Positions 16,554 through 24,601 of a DNA stretch of 32,000 bases are shown here, one piece after another. The position numbers and the translations under genes were made by a program. Source of the DNA: Sinorhizobium meliloti (GTDB lineage: Bacteria; Pseudomonadota; Alphaproteobacteria; Rhizobiales; Rhizobiaceae); assembly GCF_017876815.1 (NCBI RefSeq), contig NZ_JAGIOS010000001.1:1110001-1142000 (forward strand), given 5' to 3'. The notes under the pieces were generated by a model that was given only the letters and a program-made list of their open reading frames with translations, had not been told where the DNA came from and did no database searches. How positions within the stretch are numbered: position 1 is the first letter of the stretch; every line of letters begins with the position of its first letter.

Positions 16554-17434
16554 GCCGATACCCCGGAATGGGAGCCGAAACGGGCCGCCGCGAGCGCGAC
16601 GGCGCCGGTCAAAGCATCGGCCCGCGCCTCGACGAAGCGCGGCTGATGCCGGTCGGCGAGCCAGCGGCGATAAAGCGGCGCCAATCCTCCGAGCAGGCAC
16701 AGCTTCTCGCTCCCCCTCGAAACCACCACGTCGAGCGCCTCGTCCACCGTCGCGGCGGCAGCCTTCAACAGGCTGATCGCCACAGGGTCGCCGCGCTCGG
16801 CAAATTCGAAGACGCGCGGCGCATAGCGGCCGAACTCGCCGGGCTTGGCGAGCCGTGCGAAATCGACGATGTCGCGCGGGTCGTCGTTGAACTCGGCAAG
16901 AACGGCATCCGTCACGCCCGAGCCTTGATGTATGCCGTCATAGGCAAGCAAGCTCTCCTGCAGCAGCGCGTGACCGATGCGTGCGCCGCTGCCGTGATCT
17001 CCGATCGTGAACCCCCAGCCGCCGACATAGCTGACCTCATCGCCCCGGCGCGCGATATAGATCGTGCCCGTCCCGAGTATCGCGACGGCCCCGTCCCCGT
17101 CGCCGAGAGCGCCCTGCAGCGCGATCAGCCCATCGGACTCGATATCGGCCTGAGCAAAGGGAAGCCGCCTCTTCACGTAATGAACGGCATCGCCCACATT
17201 GTGGCCGGCGACGCCGACGATCGCGCGCGATGCCCCGATTCCGGCCGGGTCGAGGCCCGCATCCCCGAAGGCGTCGCGCGCCGCATCCGTTATGTTCTGC
17301 AGCGCCGTTTCCGGATCGGTAAGAATATTCGCGGCGCCCGCTTTGCCGCGGCCGAGAATACGGCCGTCGAGGGCTGCTACAGCCGCACGGCAGCTCGTTC
17401 CGCCGCCATCAATTCCGATCAGGTAAAACGTCAT
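16550..17434 (-). CDS. BadF/BadG/BcrA/BcrD-type ATPase; eukaryotic-type GlcNAc (or MurNAc) kinase
   Basis: ORF trimmed to the ATG at 17432-17434 (GGAGG RBS). The N-terminus MTFYLIGIDGGGTSCRAAV and the GWGFTIGDHGSGA motif are typical of N-acetylglucosamine-kinase-family ASKHA proteins. Confidence 0.8.
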   Translation of the reverse strand: MTFYLIGIDGGGTSCRAAVAALDGRILGRGKAGAANILTDPETALQNITDAARDAFGDAGLDPAGIGASRAIVGVAGHNVGDAVHYVKRRLPFAQADIESDGLIALQGALGDGDGAVAILGTGTIYIARRGDEVSYVGGWGFTIGDHGSGARIGHALLQESLLAYDGIHQGSGVTDAVLAEFNDDPRDIVDFARLAKPGEFGRYAPRVFEFAERGDPVAISLLKAAAATVDEALDVVVSRGSEKLCLLGGLAPLYRRWLADRHQPRFVEARADALTGAVALAAARFGSHSGVSA

Positions 17435-17452
17435 GGGCACCTCCGTCGTCAC

Positions 17453-17481
17453 AAGATACCAAAAAAATACCATTAACCAAG
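17453..17481 (-). promoter_or_regulatory. Candidate promoter (CTTGGT-N17-TATCTT) of the kinase-regulator-deaminase-nagA operon, with an embedded TGGTATT-N4-TGGTATC operator (17456..17472)
   Basis: The minus strand reads CTTGGT taaTGGTATTTTTTTGG TATCTT. The direct-repeat operator fills the spacer and the -10 region. It is 22 nt upstream of the kinase ATG. Confidence 0.45.
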
Positions 17482-17590
17482 CGAGATTTCCGACTACAGA
17501 TCATTCCCCAGTCTATTTCCTTGAAAAGGCTGAACTTATTTCTGTACGCAGCGGTTTCTTGCGGTAAAAGTTAAATTTCTCCTAGACAAG

Positions 17591-17607
17591 TGGTATTTTT
17601 TTGGCAT
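17591..17607 (+). promoter_or_regulatory. Second TGGTATT-N4-TGGCATT operator copy, upstream of murQ
   Basis: TGGTATTTTTTTGGCAT at 17591-17607 differs by 1 nt from the inverted copy at 17456-17472. It lies just downstream of a possible CTTGCG-N17/18-CTAGAC promoter (17558-17587) and 28 nt upstream of the murQ ATG. Confidence 0.45.
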
Positions 17608-17634
17608 TAATTTCCAGAAGAGGAGAACGACGCC

Positions 17635-18531
17635 ATGCCGCCAGCCAAGACCGAAGAGCGCCGCGACAATGCCAAGGGCCTGGACGTCATGCGTCCGGAG
17701 CTCGCCCTTCGCTTGCTCGCAGCCGGTCAGCAGGAGGCGGCAAAGTCGGTGGAACAGGCGATCGAGCCGATTTCAGCGGCAGCCCGCCTTGCCGCGGACA
17801 GCCTCGCCTCGGGCGGCCGGCTTGCCTATGCCGGCGCCGGAAGCTCCGGGTTGATGGCGATGGCGGACGCACTCGAACTGCCTGGCACCTACGGCATAGC
17901 TCGGGAGCAGGTCGTCATTCTCATTGCCGGCGGCGCCGCAAGCCTCACCGATCTTGCCGGCGGCTATGAGGACGACATGGAACTTGCGCGCGCCGATGTG
18001 CGAAGTGCCGGCATCGGGGCGGGCGACTGCCTGATCTCGGTTTCCGCCAGCGGCTCCACGCCCTATGCCATCGCCGCTGCCGACGAGGCGGGGAAACGCG
18101 GCGCCCGCGTCATCGGAATGGCCAACAATGCCGGCGCACCGCTCCTTCTGAACGCCGACGTCTCCATCCTCCTGGAGACGCCTCCGGAAGTCGTGTCCGG
18201 GTCGACGCGAATGGGTGCCGGGACGGCTCAGAAGATCGCCTTCAACATGTTCTCGACCATGGTCGGCATCCATCTCGGCCACGTGCTCGATGGTCACATG
18301 GTCAATCTGCGTGCCGACAACATCAAACTGCGCGGCCGGGCGATCCGGATCGTCTCGGACATAGCCGGTATCGGCGCCGCCGACGCGGACAGGCTGCTCG
18401 GCCTTGCCGGCGGGTCGGTCAAGCTGGCGATCCTGCTCGCATCCGGAGCGAGGGACATCGCCTATGCCGAAGACGCGCTCGAGCGCGCCGATCAAAATTT
18501 GCGCCGGGCGATCGCCATCGTCGGGACGTGA
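17635..18531 (+). CDS. murQ: N-acetylmuramic acid 6-phosphate etherase
   Basis: 298 aa single-SIS protein. The N-terminal TEERRDNAKGLDVM, GGRLAYAGAGSSG, VSASGSTPY and GSTRMGAGTAQK motifs fit the MurQ family. Confidence 0.85.
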   Translation: MPPAKTEERRDNAKGLDVMRPELALRLLAAGQQEAAKSVEQAIEPISAAARLAADSLASGGRLAYAGAGSSGLMAMADALELPGTYGIAREQVVILIAGGAASLTDLAGGYEDDMELARADVRSAGIGAGDCLISVSASGSTPYAIAAADEAGKRGARVIGMANNAGAPLLLNADVSILLETPPEVVSGSTRMGAGTAQKIAFNMFSTMVGIHLGHVLDGHMVNLRADNIKLRGRAIRIVSDIAGIGAADADRLLGLAGGSVKLAILLASGARDIAYAEDALERADQNLRRAIAIVGT

Positions 18532-18586
18532 GGGATAAACTGGGAATTCAAAACCGCGCGACACGCGCCTAAAGGGGAGAAACTGC

Positions 18587-19846
18587 ATGACCCGCACTAC
18601 AATGAAAGGCTTGCTGCTCGCATCGAGCATTCTCGGCTCGGCCGGGCTTGCGCAAGCCCAGGACGCAACGCTGACGATCGAAAGCTGGCGCAATGACGAC
18701 CTGGCGATCTGGCAGGAAAAGCTGATCCCGGCCTTCGAGGCGAAGAACCCGGGCATCAAGGTGGTATTCGCTCCCTCGGCCCCCACCGAGTATAACGCCG
18801 CCCTCAACGCCAAGCTCGACGCCGGCTCCGCGGGTGACCTCATCACCTGCCGCCCCTTCGACGCCTCGCTCGAACTCTACAACAAGAAGCATCTTGCCGA
18901 CCTGACCGGTCTTTCCGGCATGGAGAATTTCTCCGACGTCGCCAAATCCGCCTGGACGACCGACGACGGCAAGGCGACCTTCTGCGTGCCGATGGCTTCC
19001 GTCATTCACGGCTTCATCTACAACAAGGATGCCTTCGACCAGCTCGGCCTTTCCGTTCCGGCGACCGAGGAGGAGTTCTTCGCGGTCCTCGAAAAGATCA
19101 AGGCGGACGGCAACTACATCCCGATGGCGATGGGCACCAAGGATCTCTGGGAAGCCGCGACGATGGGCTACCAGAACATCGGCCCGAACTACTGGAAGGG
19201 CGAGGAAGGCCGTCTGGCTCTTCTGAAAGGCGAGCAGAAACTGACCGACGAGCCGTGGGTCGAGCCTTTCCGCGTACTGGCGAAGTGGAAGGATTATCTC
19301 GGCGACGGCTTCGAGGCACAGACCTATCCGGACAGCCAGAACCTCTTCACGCTCGGCCGGGCGGCGATCTATCCGGCCGGCTCCTGGGAAATCTCCGGCT
19401 TCAACACGCAGGCCGAATTCAAGATGGGCGCCTTTCCGCCGCCGGTGAAGAAGGCGGGCGATACCTGCTATATCTCCGACCACAACGACATCGGTATCGG
19501 ACTGAACGCCAAGAGCAAGAATGCGGATGCCGCCAAGACCTTCCTCACCTGGGTGGCCTCGCCGGAGTTCGCGGAAATCTATGCGAACGCCCTGCCCGGC
19601 TTCTTCAGCCTGAACTCGACGGCGGTGAAGATGTCCGATCCGCTCGCCCAGGAATTCGTCTCCTGGCGGGAGAAATGCAAGCCGACCATCCGCTCGACCT
19701 ATCAGATCCTGTCGCGCGGAACCCCTAACCTCGAAAACGAGACCTGGGTCATGTCGGCCAACGTCATCAACGGCACGGACACGCCGGAGGCGGCCGCCAA
19801 GAAGCTCCAGGACGGGCTCGACAGCTGGTTCAAGCCGGTAAAATAA
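18587..19846 (+). CDS. Sugar ABC-transporter substrate-binding protein (family 1)
   Basis: Signal peptide MTRTTMKGLLLASSILGSAGLAQAQ. 419 aa. GGGGAGA RBS. First gene of the transporter block. Confidence 0.88.
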   Translation: MTRTTMKGLLLASSILGSAGLAQAQDATLTIESWRNDDLAIWQEKLIPAFEAKNPGIKVVFAPSAPTEYNAALNAKLDAGSAGDLITCRPFDASLELYNKKHLADLTGLSGMENFSDVAKSAWTTDDGKATFCVPMASVIHGFIYNKDAFDQLGLSVPATEEEFFAVLEKIKADGNYIPMAMGTKDLWEAATMGYQNIGPNYWKGEEGRLALLKGEQKLTDEPWVEPFRVLAKWKDYLGDGFEAQTYPDSQNLFTLGRAAIYPAGSWEISGFNTQAEFKMGAFPPPVKKAGDTCYISDHNDIGIGLNAKSKNADAAKTFLTWVASPEFAEIYANALPGFFSLNSTAVKMSDPLAQEFVSWREKCKPTIRSTYQILSRGTPNLENETWVMSANVINGTDTPEAAAKKLQDGLDSWFKPVK

Positions 19847-20114
19847 GACCGAACCGGGGTGTGTGGACGCTGTCCGCGCACCCTCCCCGACATGTGCAAA
19901 CGTATCGCATGCGGGACGGCGTCATGGATTGCTCGGGCACCGGCGCTACGGCGCCGCGCGCCCGTAACGGGCGGATCGAAGCGGCTTGCCGGCTCTCCGC
20001 TCCCGCGGGACGCCTGACGGAAGCACGGTGCACGGCAGGAAGCCGCGCCGCATTTCGAGCGAAATCGAGGCTGCGCCCTGAAGGCCAGCCGGTTTGAGAA
20101 CGGGCCAGAGGCCG

Positions 20115-21062
20115 ATGAACCCACGTGAAATCACGACCTACGTCACCGAGATCAAGCGCCCGCGGCGCTGGCACATCCTCGTCTTCCTGCTGCCGGCGCT
20201 CGTCGTCTACACGGCGGTGATGATCCTTCCGCTTTTCGAGACGCTGCGCCAGTCCTTCTACAACACGGTCGACGGTCAGTTGACCTTCGTGGGCCTGGGC
20301 AATTTCAAGGTTCTGTTCGGCGACCCTCGCTGGGCGGCGGATTTCTGGAACGCGCTCAAGAACAATTTCGTCTTCTTCCTGATCCACATGGCCGTGCAGA
20401 ACCCGATCGGCATCGCGCTCGCCGCCATGCTGTCCGTCCCGAAGCTGCGCTTCGGCGCCTTCTACCGCACGGCTATCTTTCTGCCGACGCTGCTCTCCTT
20501 CGTCATCGTCGGTTTCATCTGGAAGCTGATCCTGTCGCCGATCTGGGGCGTCGCACCCTATCTTCTCGACACGGTCGGCCTGCGATCGCTGTTCGGGCCC
20601 TGGCTCGGCAAGCCGGACACCGCGCTCATCGCAGTCTCGCTGATTTCCGTCTGGCAATATATCGGCATCCCGATGATGCTGATCTATGCGGCGCTCCTCA
20701 ACATTCCCGACGAGGTGACCGAGGCGGCGGAGCTCGACGGCGTCACCGGCTGGAGCCAGTTCTGGAAGATCAAGCTTCCGCTGATCCTGCCTGCCATCGG
20801 CATCGTGTCGATCCTCACCTTCGTCGGCAATTTCAACGCCTTCGACCTGATCTATACGGTGCAGGGGGCGCTGGCCGGCCCGGACAAGTCGACCGACATC
20901 CTGGGCACCCTGCTCTATCGCACCTTCTTCGGTTTCCAGCTTCAGCTCGGCGACCGTTCGATGGGCGCGACGATCGCCGCGATCATGTTCCTGATCATTC
21001 TCGCCGGCGTCGCGCTCTATCTCTTCGGCATACAGCGCCGCATGCGCCGCTATCAGTTCTAA
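20115..21062 (+). CDS. Sugar ABC-transporter permease (MalF/UgpA-like)
   Basis: ORF 20094..21062. I prefer the ATG at 20115, which has GAGG 5 nt upstream. Six TM segments and an EAA loop (EAAELDGVTGWSQFWKIKLP). Confidence 0.88.
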   Translation: MNPREITTYVTEIKRPRRWHILVFLLPALVVYTAVMILPLFETLRQSFYNTVDGQLTFVGLGNFKVLFGDPRWAADFWNALKNNFVFFLIHMAVQNPIGIALAAMLSVPKLRFGAFYRTAIFLPTLLSFVIVGFIWKLILSPIWGVAPYLLDTVGLRSLFGPWLGKPDTALIAVSLISVWQYIGIPMMLIYAALLNIPDEVTEAAELDGVTGWSQFWKIKLPLILPAIGIVSILTFVGNFNAFDLIYTVQGALAGPDKSTDILGTLLYRTFFGFQLQLGDRSMGATIAAIMFLIILAGVALYLFGIQRRMRRYQF

Positions 21063-21074
21063 GGAGGATAAAAG

Positions 21075-21914
21075 ATGTCGAAAGCACGCGCCTCCTTCAT
21101 GCGCACGGGCGCCGTTCACGCGGCTCTGATCGCCTACACGCTTATCGCACTCTTTCCGGTGTTCCTGACGATCGTCAATTCGTTCAAGAGCCGCAACGCG
21201 ATCTTCCGGGAACCTCTGGCGGTCCCGACACCCGAGACCTTCAGCCTGATCGGCTACGAAACGGTGCTGAAGCAGGGCGACTTCATCGGCTATTTCCAAA
21301 ACAGCATCATCGTCACCGTCGTCTCGATCGCGCTCGTCCTGCTGTTCGGCGCCATGGCCGCCTTCGCGCTTTCCGAATACCGCTTCCGCGGCAACACGCT
21401 GATGGGGCTCTATCTGGCGCTTGGCATCATGATCCCGATCCGGCTCGGAACGGTGGCGATCCTGCAGGGCATGGTGGCGACCGGTCTCGTCAATACGCTG
21501 ACCGCGCTGATCCTCGTCTATACGGCGCAAGGCCTGCCGCTGGCGGTATTCATCCTGTCCGAGTTCATGCGCACCGTATCCGACGACCTGAAGAATGCCG
21601 GACGCATCGACGGCCTGTCGGAATATGCGATCTTCCTGCGGCTGGTGCTGCCGCTCATCCGCCCGGCCATGGCGACGGTCGCCGTCTTCACCATGATCCC
21701 CATCTGGAACGATCTCTGGTTCCCGCTGATCCTCGCACCCGCCGAGGCGACCAAGACCGTCACCCTCGGCTCGCAGATCTTCATCGGCCAGTTCGTCACC
21801 AACTGGAACGCGGTCCTCTCGGCGCTGTCGCTGGCGATCTTCCCGGTCCTCGTCCTCTACGTCATCTTCTCGCGGCAGCTGATCCGCGGCATCACGGCAG
21901 GAGCAGTCAAGTGA
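21075..21914 (+). CDS. Sugar ABC-transporter permease (MalG/UgpE-like)
   Basis: 279 aa. EAA-type loop NAGRIDGLSEYAIFLRLVLP. AGGAGGA RBS upstream. Confidence 0.9.
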   Translation: MSKARASFMRTGAVHAALIAYTLIALFPVFLTIVNSFKSRNAIFREPLAVPTPETFSLIGYETVLKQGDFIGYFQNSIIVTVVSIALVLLFGAMAAFALSEYRFRGNTLMGLYLALGIMIPIRLGTVAILQGMVATGLVNTLTALILVYTAQGLPLAVFILSEFMRTVSDDLKNAGRIDGLSEYAIFLRLVLPLIRPAMATVAVFTMIPIWNDLWFPLILAPAEATKTVTLGSQIFIGQFVTNWNAVLSALSLAIFPVLVLYVIFSRQLIRGITAGAVK

Positions 21915-22975
21915 ATTCATCCGCACCCCCGATCCGCGTGCTCAGCGCCGGGCTCGGCAATATGGGCCGCAGCCACGCGCTCGCCTATCATCAGAACCCC
22001 GGTTTCGAAATCGCCGGGCTGGTCAACCGCTCGAAGGTGGCGCTGCCCGAGGCTCTTGCAGGATACGAGATTCTGCCGTCCTTTCCGGAGGCGCTCGCCG
22101 AACTGGAGCCGGAGCTCTGCTCGATCAACACCTATTCGGACACGCATGCGGACTACGCCGTGATGGCGATAGAGGCGGGAGCCCATGTCTTCGTGGAGAA
22201 GCCGCTGGCAACGACGGTCGCCGATGCCGAGCGCGTCGTCGCCTGTGCGCGGGCCAATGGCCGCAAGCTGGTCGTCGGCTATATCCTGCGCCACCACCCG
22301 TCCTGGATGCGGCTGATCGCGGAAGCCCGCAAGCTCGGAGGGCCTTACGTCTTCCGCATGAACCTGAACCAGCAATCGAGCGGCCCGGCCTGGGCGACGC
22401 ACAAGTCGCTGATGCAGACGACACCGCCGATCGTCGATTGCGGCGTCCACTATGTCGACGTCATGTGCCAGATCACCGATGCCAACCCCGTCGAGGTGCG
22501 CGGCATGGGCTTGAGGCTCTCGAACGAGATAGCCGCGGATATGTACAATTACGGGCATCTGCAGGTGATCTTCGAGGACGGCTCGGTGGGCTGGTACGAG
22601 GCGGGCTGGGGGCCGATGATCTCCGAGACGGCCTTCTTCGTGAAGGACGTGATGTCTCCGAACGGCTCCGTGTCGATCGTCATGGACCAGAACGCCAAGT
22701 CCGACGACATCGACGTGCACACGAAAACCTCCGTCATCCGCGTGCACAGCGCCGCTACGGGACCGGACGGCCGGTTCCTGAAATCCGACGAGGACCTGGT
22801 GATGGAGGGCGAGCCCGGCCACCAGGAGCTTTGCGACCGCGAGCAGGCCTTCGTGCTCAAGGCCATCCGAGAAGACATCGATCTTGGCCGGCACATGGAC
22901 GATGCGGTGCAGTCGCTGAAGATCTGTCTCGCCGCCGACGACAGTGTGCGCACCGGCAAGCCGGTCAAGCTTTAA
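21911..22975 (+). CDS. Gfo/Idh/MocA-family NAD(P)-dependent oxidoreductase
   Basis: The GTG start overlaps the permease stop (GTGA at 21911-21914). The N-terminal Rossmann fold [16 protein letters not shown] would be lost with any later start. EKPLA motif ([10 protein letters not shown]). 354 aa with no signal peptide. Confidence 0.85.
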   Translation: MNSSAPPIRVLSAGLGNMGRSHALAYHQNPGFEIAGLVNRSKVALPEALAGYEILPSFPEALAELEPELCSINTYSDTHADYAVMAIEAGAHVFVEKPLATTVADAERVVACARANGRKLVVGYILRHHPSWMRLIAEARKLGGPYVFRMNLNQQSSGPAWATHKSLMQTTPPIVDCGVHYVDVMCQITDANPVEVRGMGLRLSNEIAADMYNYGHLQVIFEDGSVGWYEAGWGPMISETAFFVKDVMSPNGSVSIVMDQNAKSDDIDVHTKTSVIRVHSAATGPDGRFLKSDEDLVMEGEPGHQELCDREQAFVLKAIREDIDLGRHMDDAVQSLKICLAADDSVRTGKPVKL

Positions 22976-22991
22976 CCCAAGAGGGCGACAC

Positions 22992-24002
22992 GTGGGATCA
23001 CTTCAACTCAAAACCATCCGCAAGGCCTTCGGCAGTCATGAGGTGCTGAAGGGCATCGACCTGGACGTGAAGGACGGCGAGTTCGTCATCTTCGTCGGTC
23101 CGTCCGGTTGCGGAAAGTCGACGCTTCTGCGCACCATCGCCGGCCTCGAGGACGCGACCTCGGGCAGCGTACAGATCGACGGTGTCGAGGTCGGCCATGT
23201 GGCGCCGGCCAAGCGCGGCATCGCCATGGTGTTCCAGTCCTATGCGCTCTATCCGCACCTGACCGTCAAGGACAATATGGGCCTCGGGCTGAAGCAGGCG
23301 GGTGTGCCGAAGGCCGAGATCGAAGAAAAGGTCGCCAAGGCGGCCGGCATGCTGTCGCTCGAACCCTATCTCGCCCGCCGTCCGGCCGAGCTATCCGGCG
23401 GCCAGCGCCAGCGCGTGGCGATCGGCCGCGCGATCGTGCGCGAGCCGAAGCTCTTCCTCTTCGACGAGCCGCTGTCGAACCTCGACGCGGCGCTGCGCGT
23501 CAACACACGGCTCGAGATCGCCCGTCTTCACCGCAGCCTCAAGGCGACGATGATCTACGTCACCCACGATCAGGTCGAGGCGATGACGCTTGCCGACAAG
23601 ATCGTCGTGCTGAATGCCGGCCGGATCGAACAGGTCGGCTCGCCGATGGAGCTCTACAATCGCCCGGCCAACCTTTTCGTCGCCGGCTTCATCGGCTCGC
23701 CGCAGATGAATTTCATCGAAGCCGCAAAGCTCGGCGACGGAGAGGCAAAGACGATCGGTATCCGTCCGGAGCATATCGGCCTCTCCCGTGAAAGCGGCGA
23801 CTGGAAGGGCAAGGTGATCCATGTCGAGCATCTTGGCGCCGACACGATCATCTACATCGAATCGGAGACCGTCGGCCTGCTGACGGTGCGCCTCTTCGGC
23901 GAACACCGCTACGCTACCGACGACATCGTCCACGCGACGCCGGTAATCGGCAGCATGCACCGCTTCGATGCGGACGGGCGGGTGATCAAGTCGGGACAAT
24001 AG
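22992..24002 (+). CDS. Sugar ABC-transporter ATP-binding protein (MalK/UgpC-like)
   Basis: ORF 22944..24002 trimmed to the GTG at 22992 (AAGAGGG RBS at 22978-22984). Walker [11 protein letters not shown]-loop, signature LSGGQRQR, Walker [10 protein letters not shown] and a C-terminal regulatory/TOBE-like domain. Confidence 0.9.
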   Translation: MGSLQLKTIRKAFGSHEVLKGIDLDVKDGEFVIFVGPSGCGKSTLLRTIAGLEDATSGSVQIDGVEVGHVAPAKRGIAMVFQSYALYPHLTVKDNMGLGLKQAGVPKAEIEEKVAKAAGMLSLEPYLARRPAELSGGQRQRVAIGRAIVREPKLFLFDEPLSNLDAALRVNTRLEIARLHRSLKATMIYVTHDQVEAMTLADKIVVLNAGRIEQVGSPMELYNRPANLFVAGFIGSPQMNFIEAAKLGDGEAKTIGIRPEHIGLSRESGDWKGKVIHVEHLGADTIIYIESETVGLLTVRLFGEHRYATDDIVHATPVIGSMHRFDADGRVIKSGQ

Positions 24003-24076
24003 CGGACGGAGCGCCTATGATTTGGCCCTCCTCGGGTTTAACCCCGAGGACCAGCCACCTGCCGGCGCGGGGAATT

Positions 24077-24340
24077 GCCCCTCACCCTGACCCTCTCCCC
24101 GCGCGCGGGGAGAGGGGACTTACGACGTGGAACGCCGAGGCATCGGGCCGCGGGCGGGTCCCACCTGCCCCTTCTCCCCGCCTGCGGTAGGGCTTTCGCA
24201 TATGGCCGATTTCGAGGAATCGAATGGCGAACAGAACGGAATCGCATCGAGAACAAACCCTTCGATGTTCCATGCCTGTTCCGCATATGCGATTCCCCTG
24301 CCGCCTGCGGGGAGAAGGTCGCGGCAGCGGGATGAGGGGC
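24077..24340. repeat. Cluster of three RIME/REP-like palindromic units in the 600-nt intergenic region
   Basis: First unit at 24077-24118: gcccctcaccctgaCCCTCTCCCCgcgcgcGGGGAGAGGGgac. Second unit at 24167-24190 is partial: ccccttctccccgcctgcgg. Third unit at 24294-24340: the stretch 24303-24340 is an exact 38-nt reverse complement of 13257-13294. A small hairpin at 24029-24050 follows the ATPase stop. Confidence 0.85.
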
Positions 24341-24455
24341 CGCTCGCCGAGCGTCCTAATCCAAATCAAATCTGCGTGACCCTGCCAAGCCGCGAGGCCG
24401 AACGCCTTGGTGATCTTCACTTTTTTGCCTCCCCTGCCGGCGCGTCGAAACTCTG

Positions 24456-24529
24456 TTGCACTGCGGCAGAAATTAACATACATTGGCGTCTGTATATTAG
24501 CTTTCCGGTATTTTCCACGCCGATACCGG
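24456..24529 (+). promoter_or_regulatory. Candidate efflux-operon promoter (TTGCAC-N17-TACATT) with two inverted repeats as possible TetR operators
   Basis: TTGCAC at 24456-24461, a 17-nt spacer, then TACATT at 24479-24484. IR1 ACATACA-N8-TGTATAT (24476-24497) overlaps the -10. IR2 CCGGTAT-N11-ATACCGG (24505-24529) is a perfect 7-bp inverted repeat downstream. Confidence 0.35.
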
Positions 24530-24601
24530 CTCCGCTTCACCTCACTTTGGGACCGCGCAGCGCTTGCGAAACGCCGCGACTGCGGCCGGTCCTTTGACAA
24601 T

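Noticed and set aside
19830-21926. 698-aa ORF on the minus strand spanning both permease genes. The same pattern applies to other long ORFs: 25686..29003 (1105 aa), 24542..25978, 7578..8753, 10175..11527, 11524..12615, 14796..16019, 16568..17476, 17773..18846, 18569..19483, 21917..22894 and 23391..23999.
   Set aside because: All lie exactly antisense to CDSs with strong family signatures. Their translations are low-complexity Arg/Asp/Glu/Gly/His-rich strings without motifs, RBS or sensible starts. GC-rich third positions in the sense strand suppress stop codons in the antisense frames.
13257-24340. Possible CRISPR array, because of short GC-rich palindromic repeats.
   Set aside because: There are only two to three units per locus, with irregular spacing and mutually inverted orientation. 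No cas genes or leader are present. The structure is typical of REP/RIME elements.
24385-24426. Hairpin CCAAG..CTTGG followed by a T6 run, as a terminator or sRNA 3' end in the long intergenic region.
   Set aside because: The stem is only 5+2 bp with internal mismatches, and the T-run is 10 nt away from the stem. It is not a credible intrinsic terminator.
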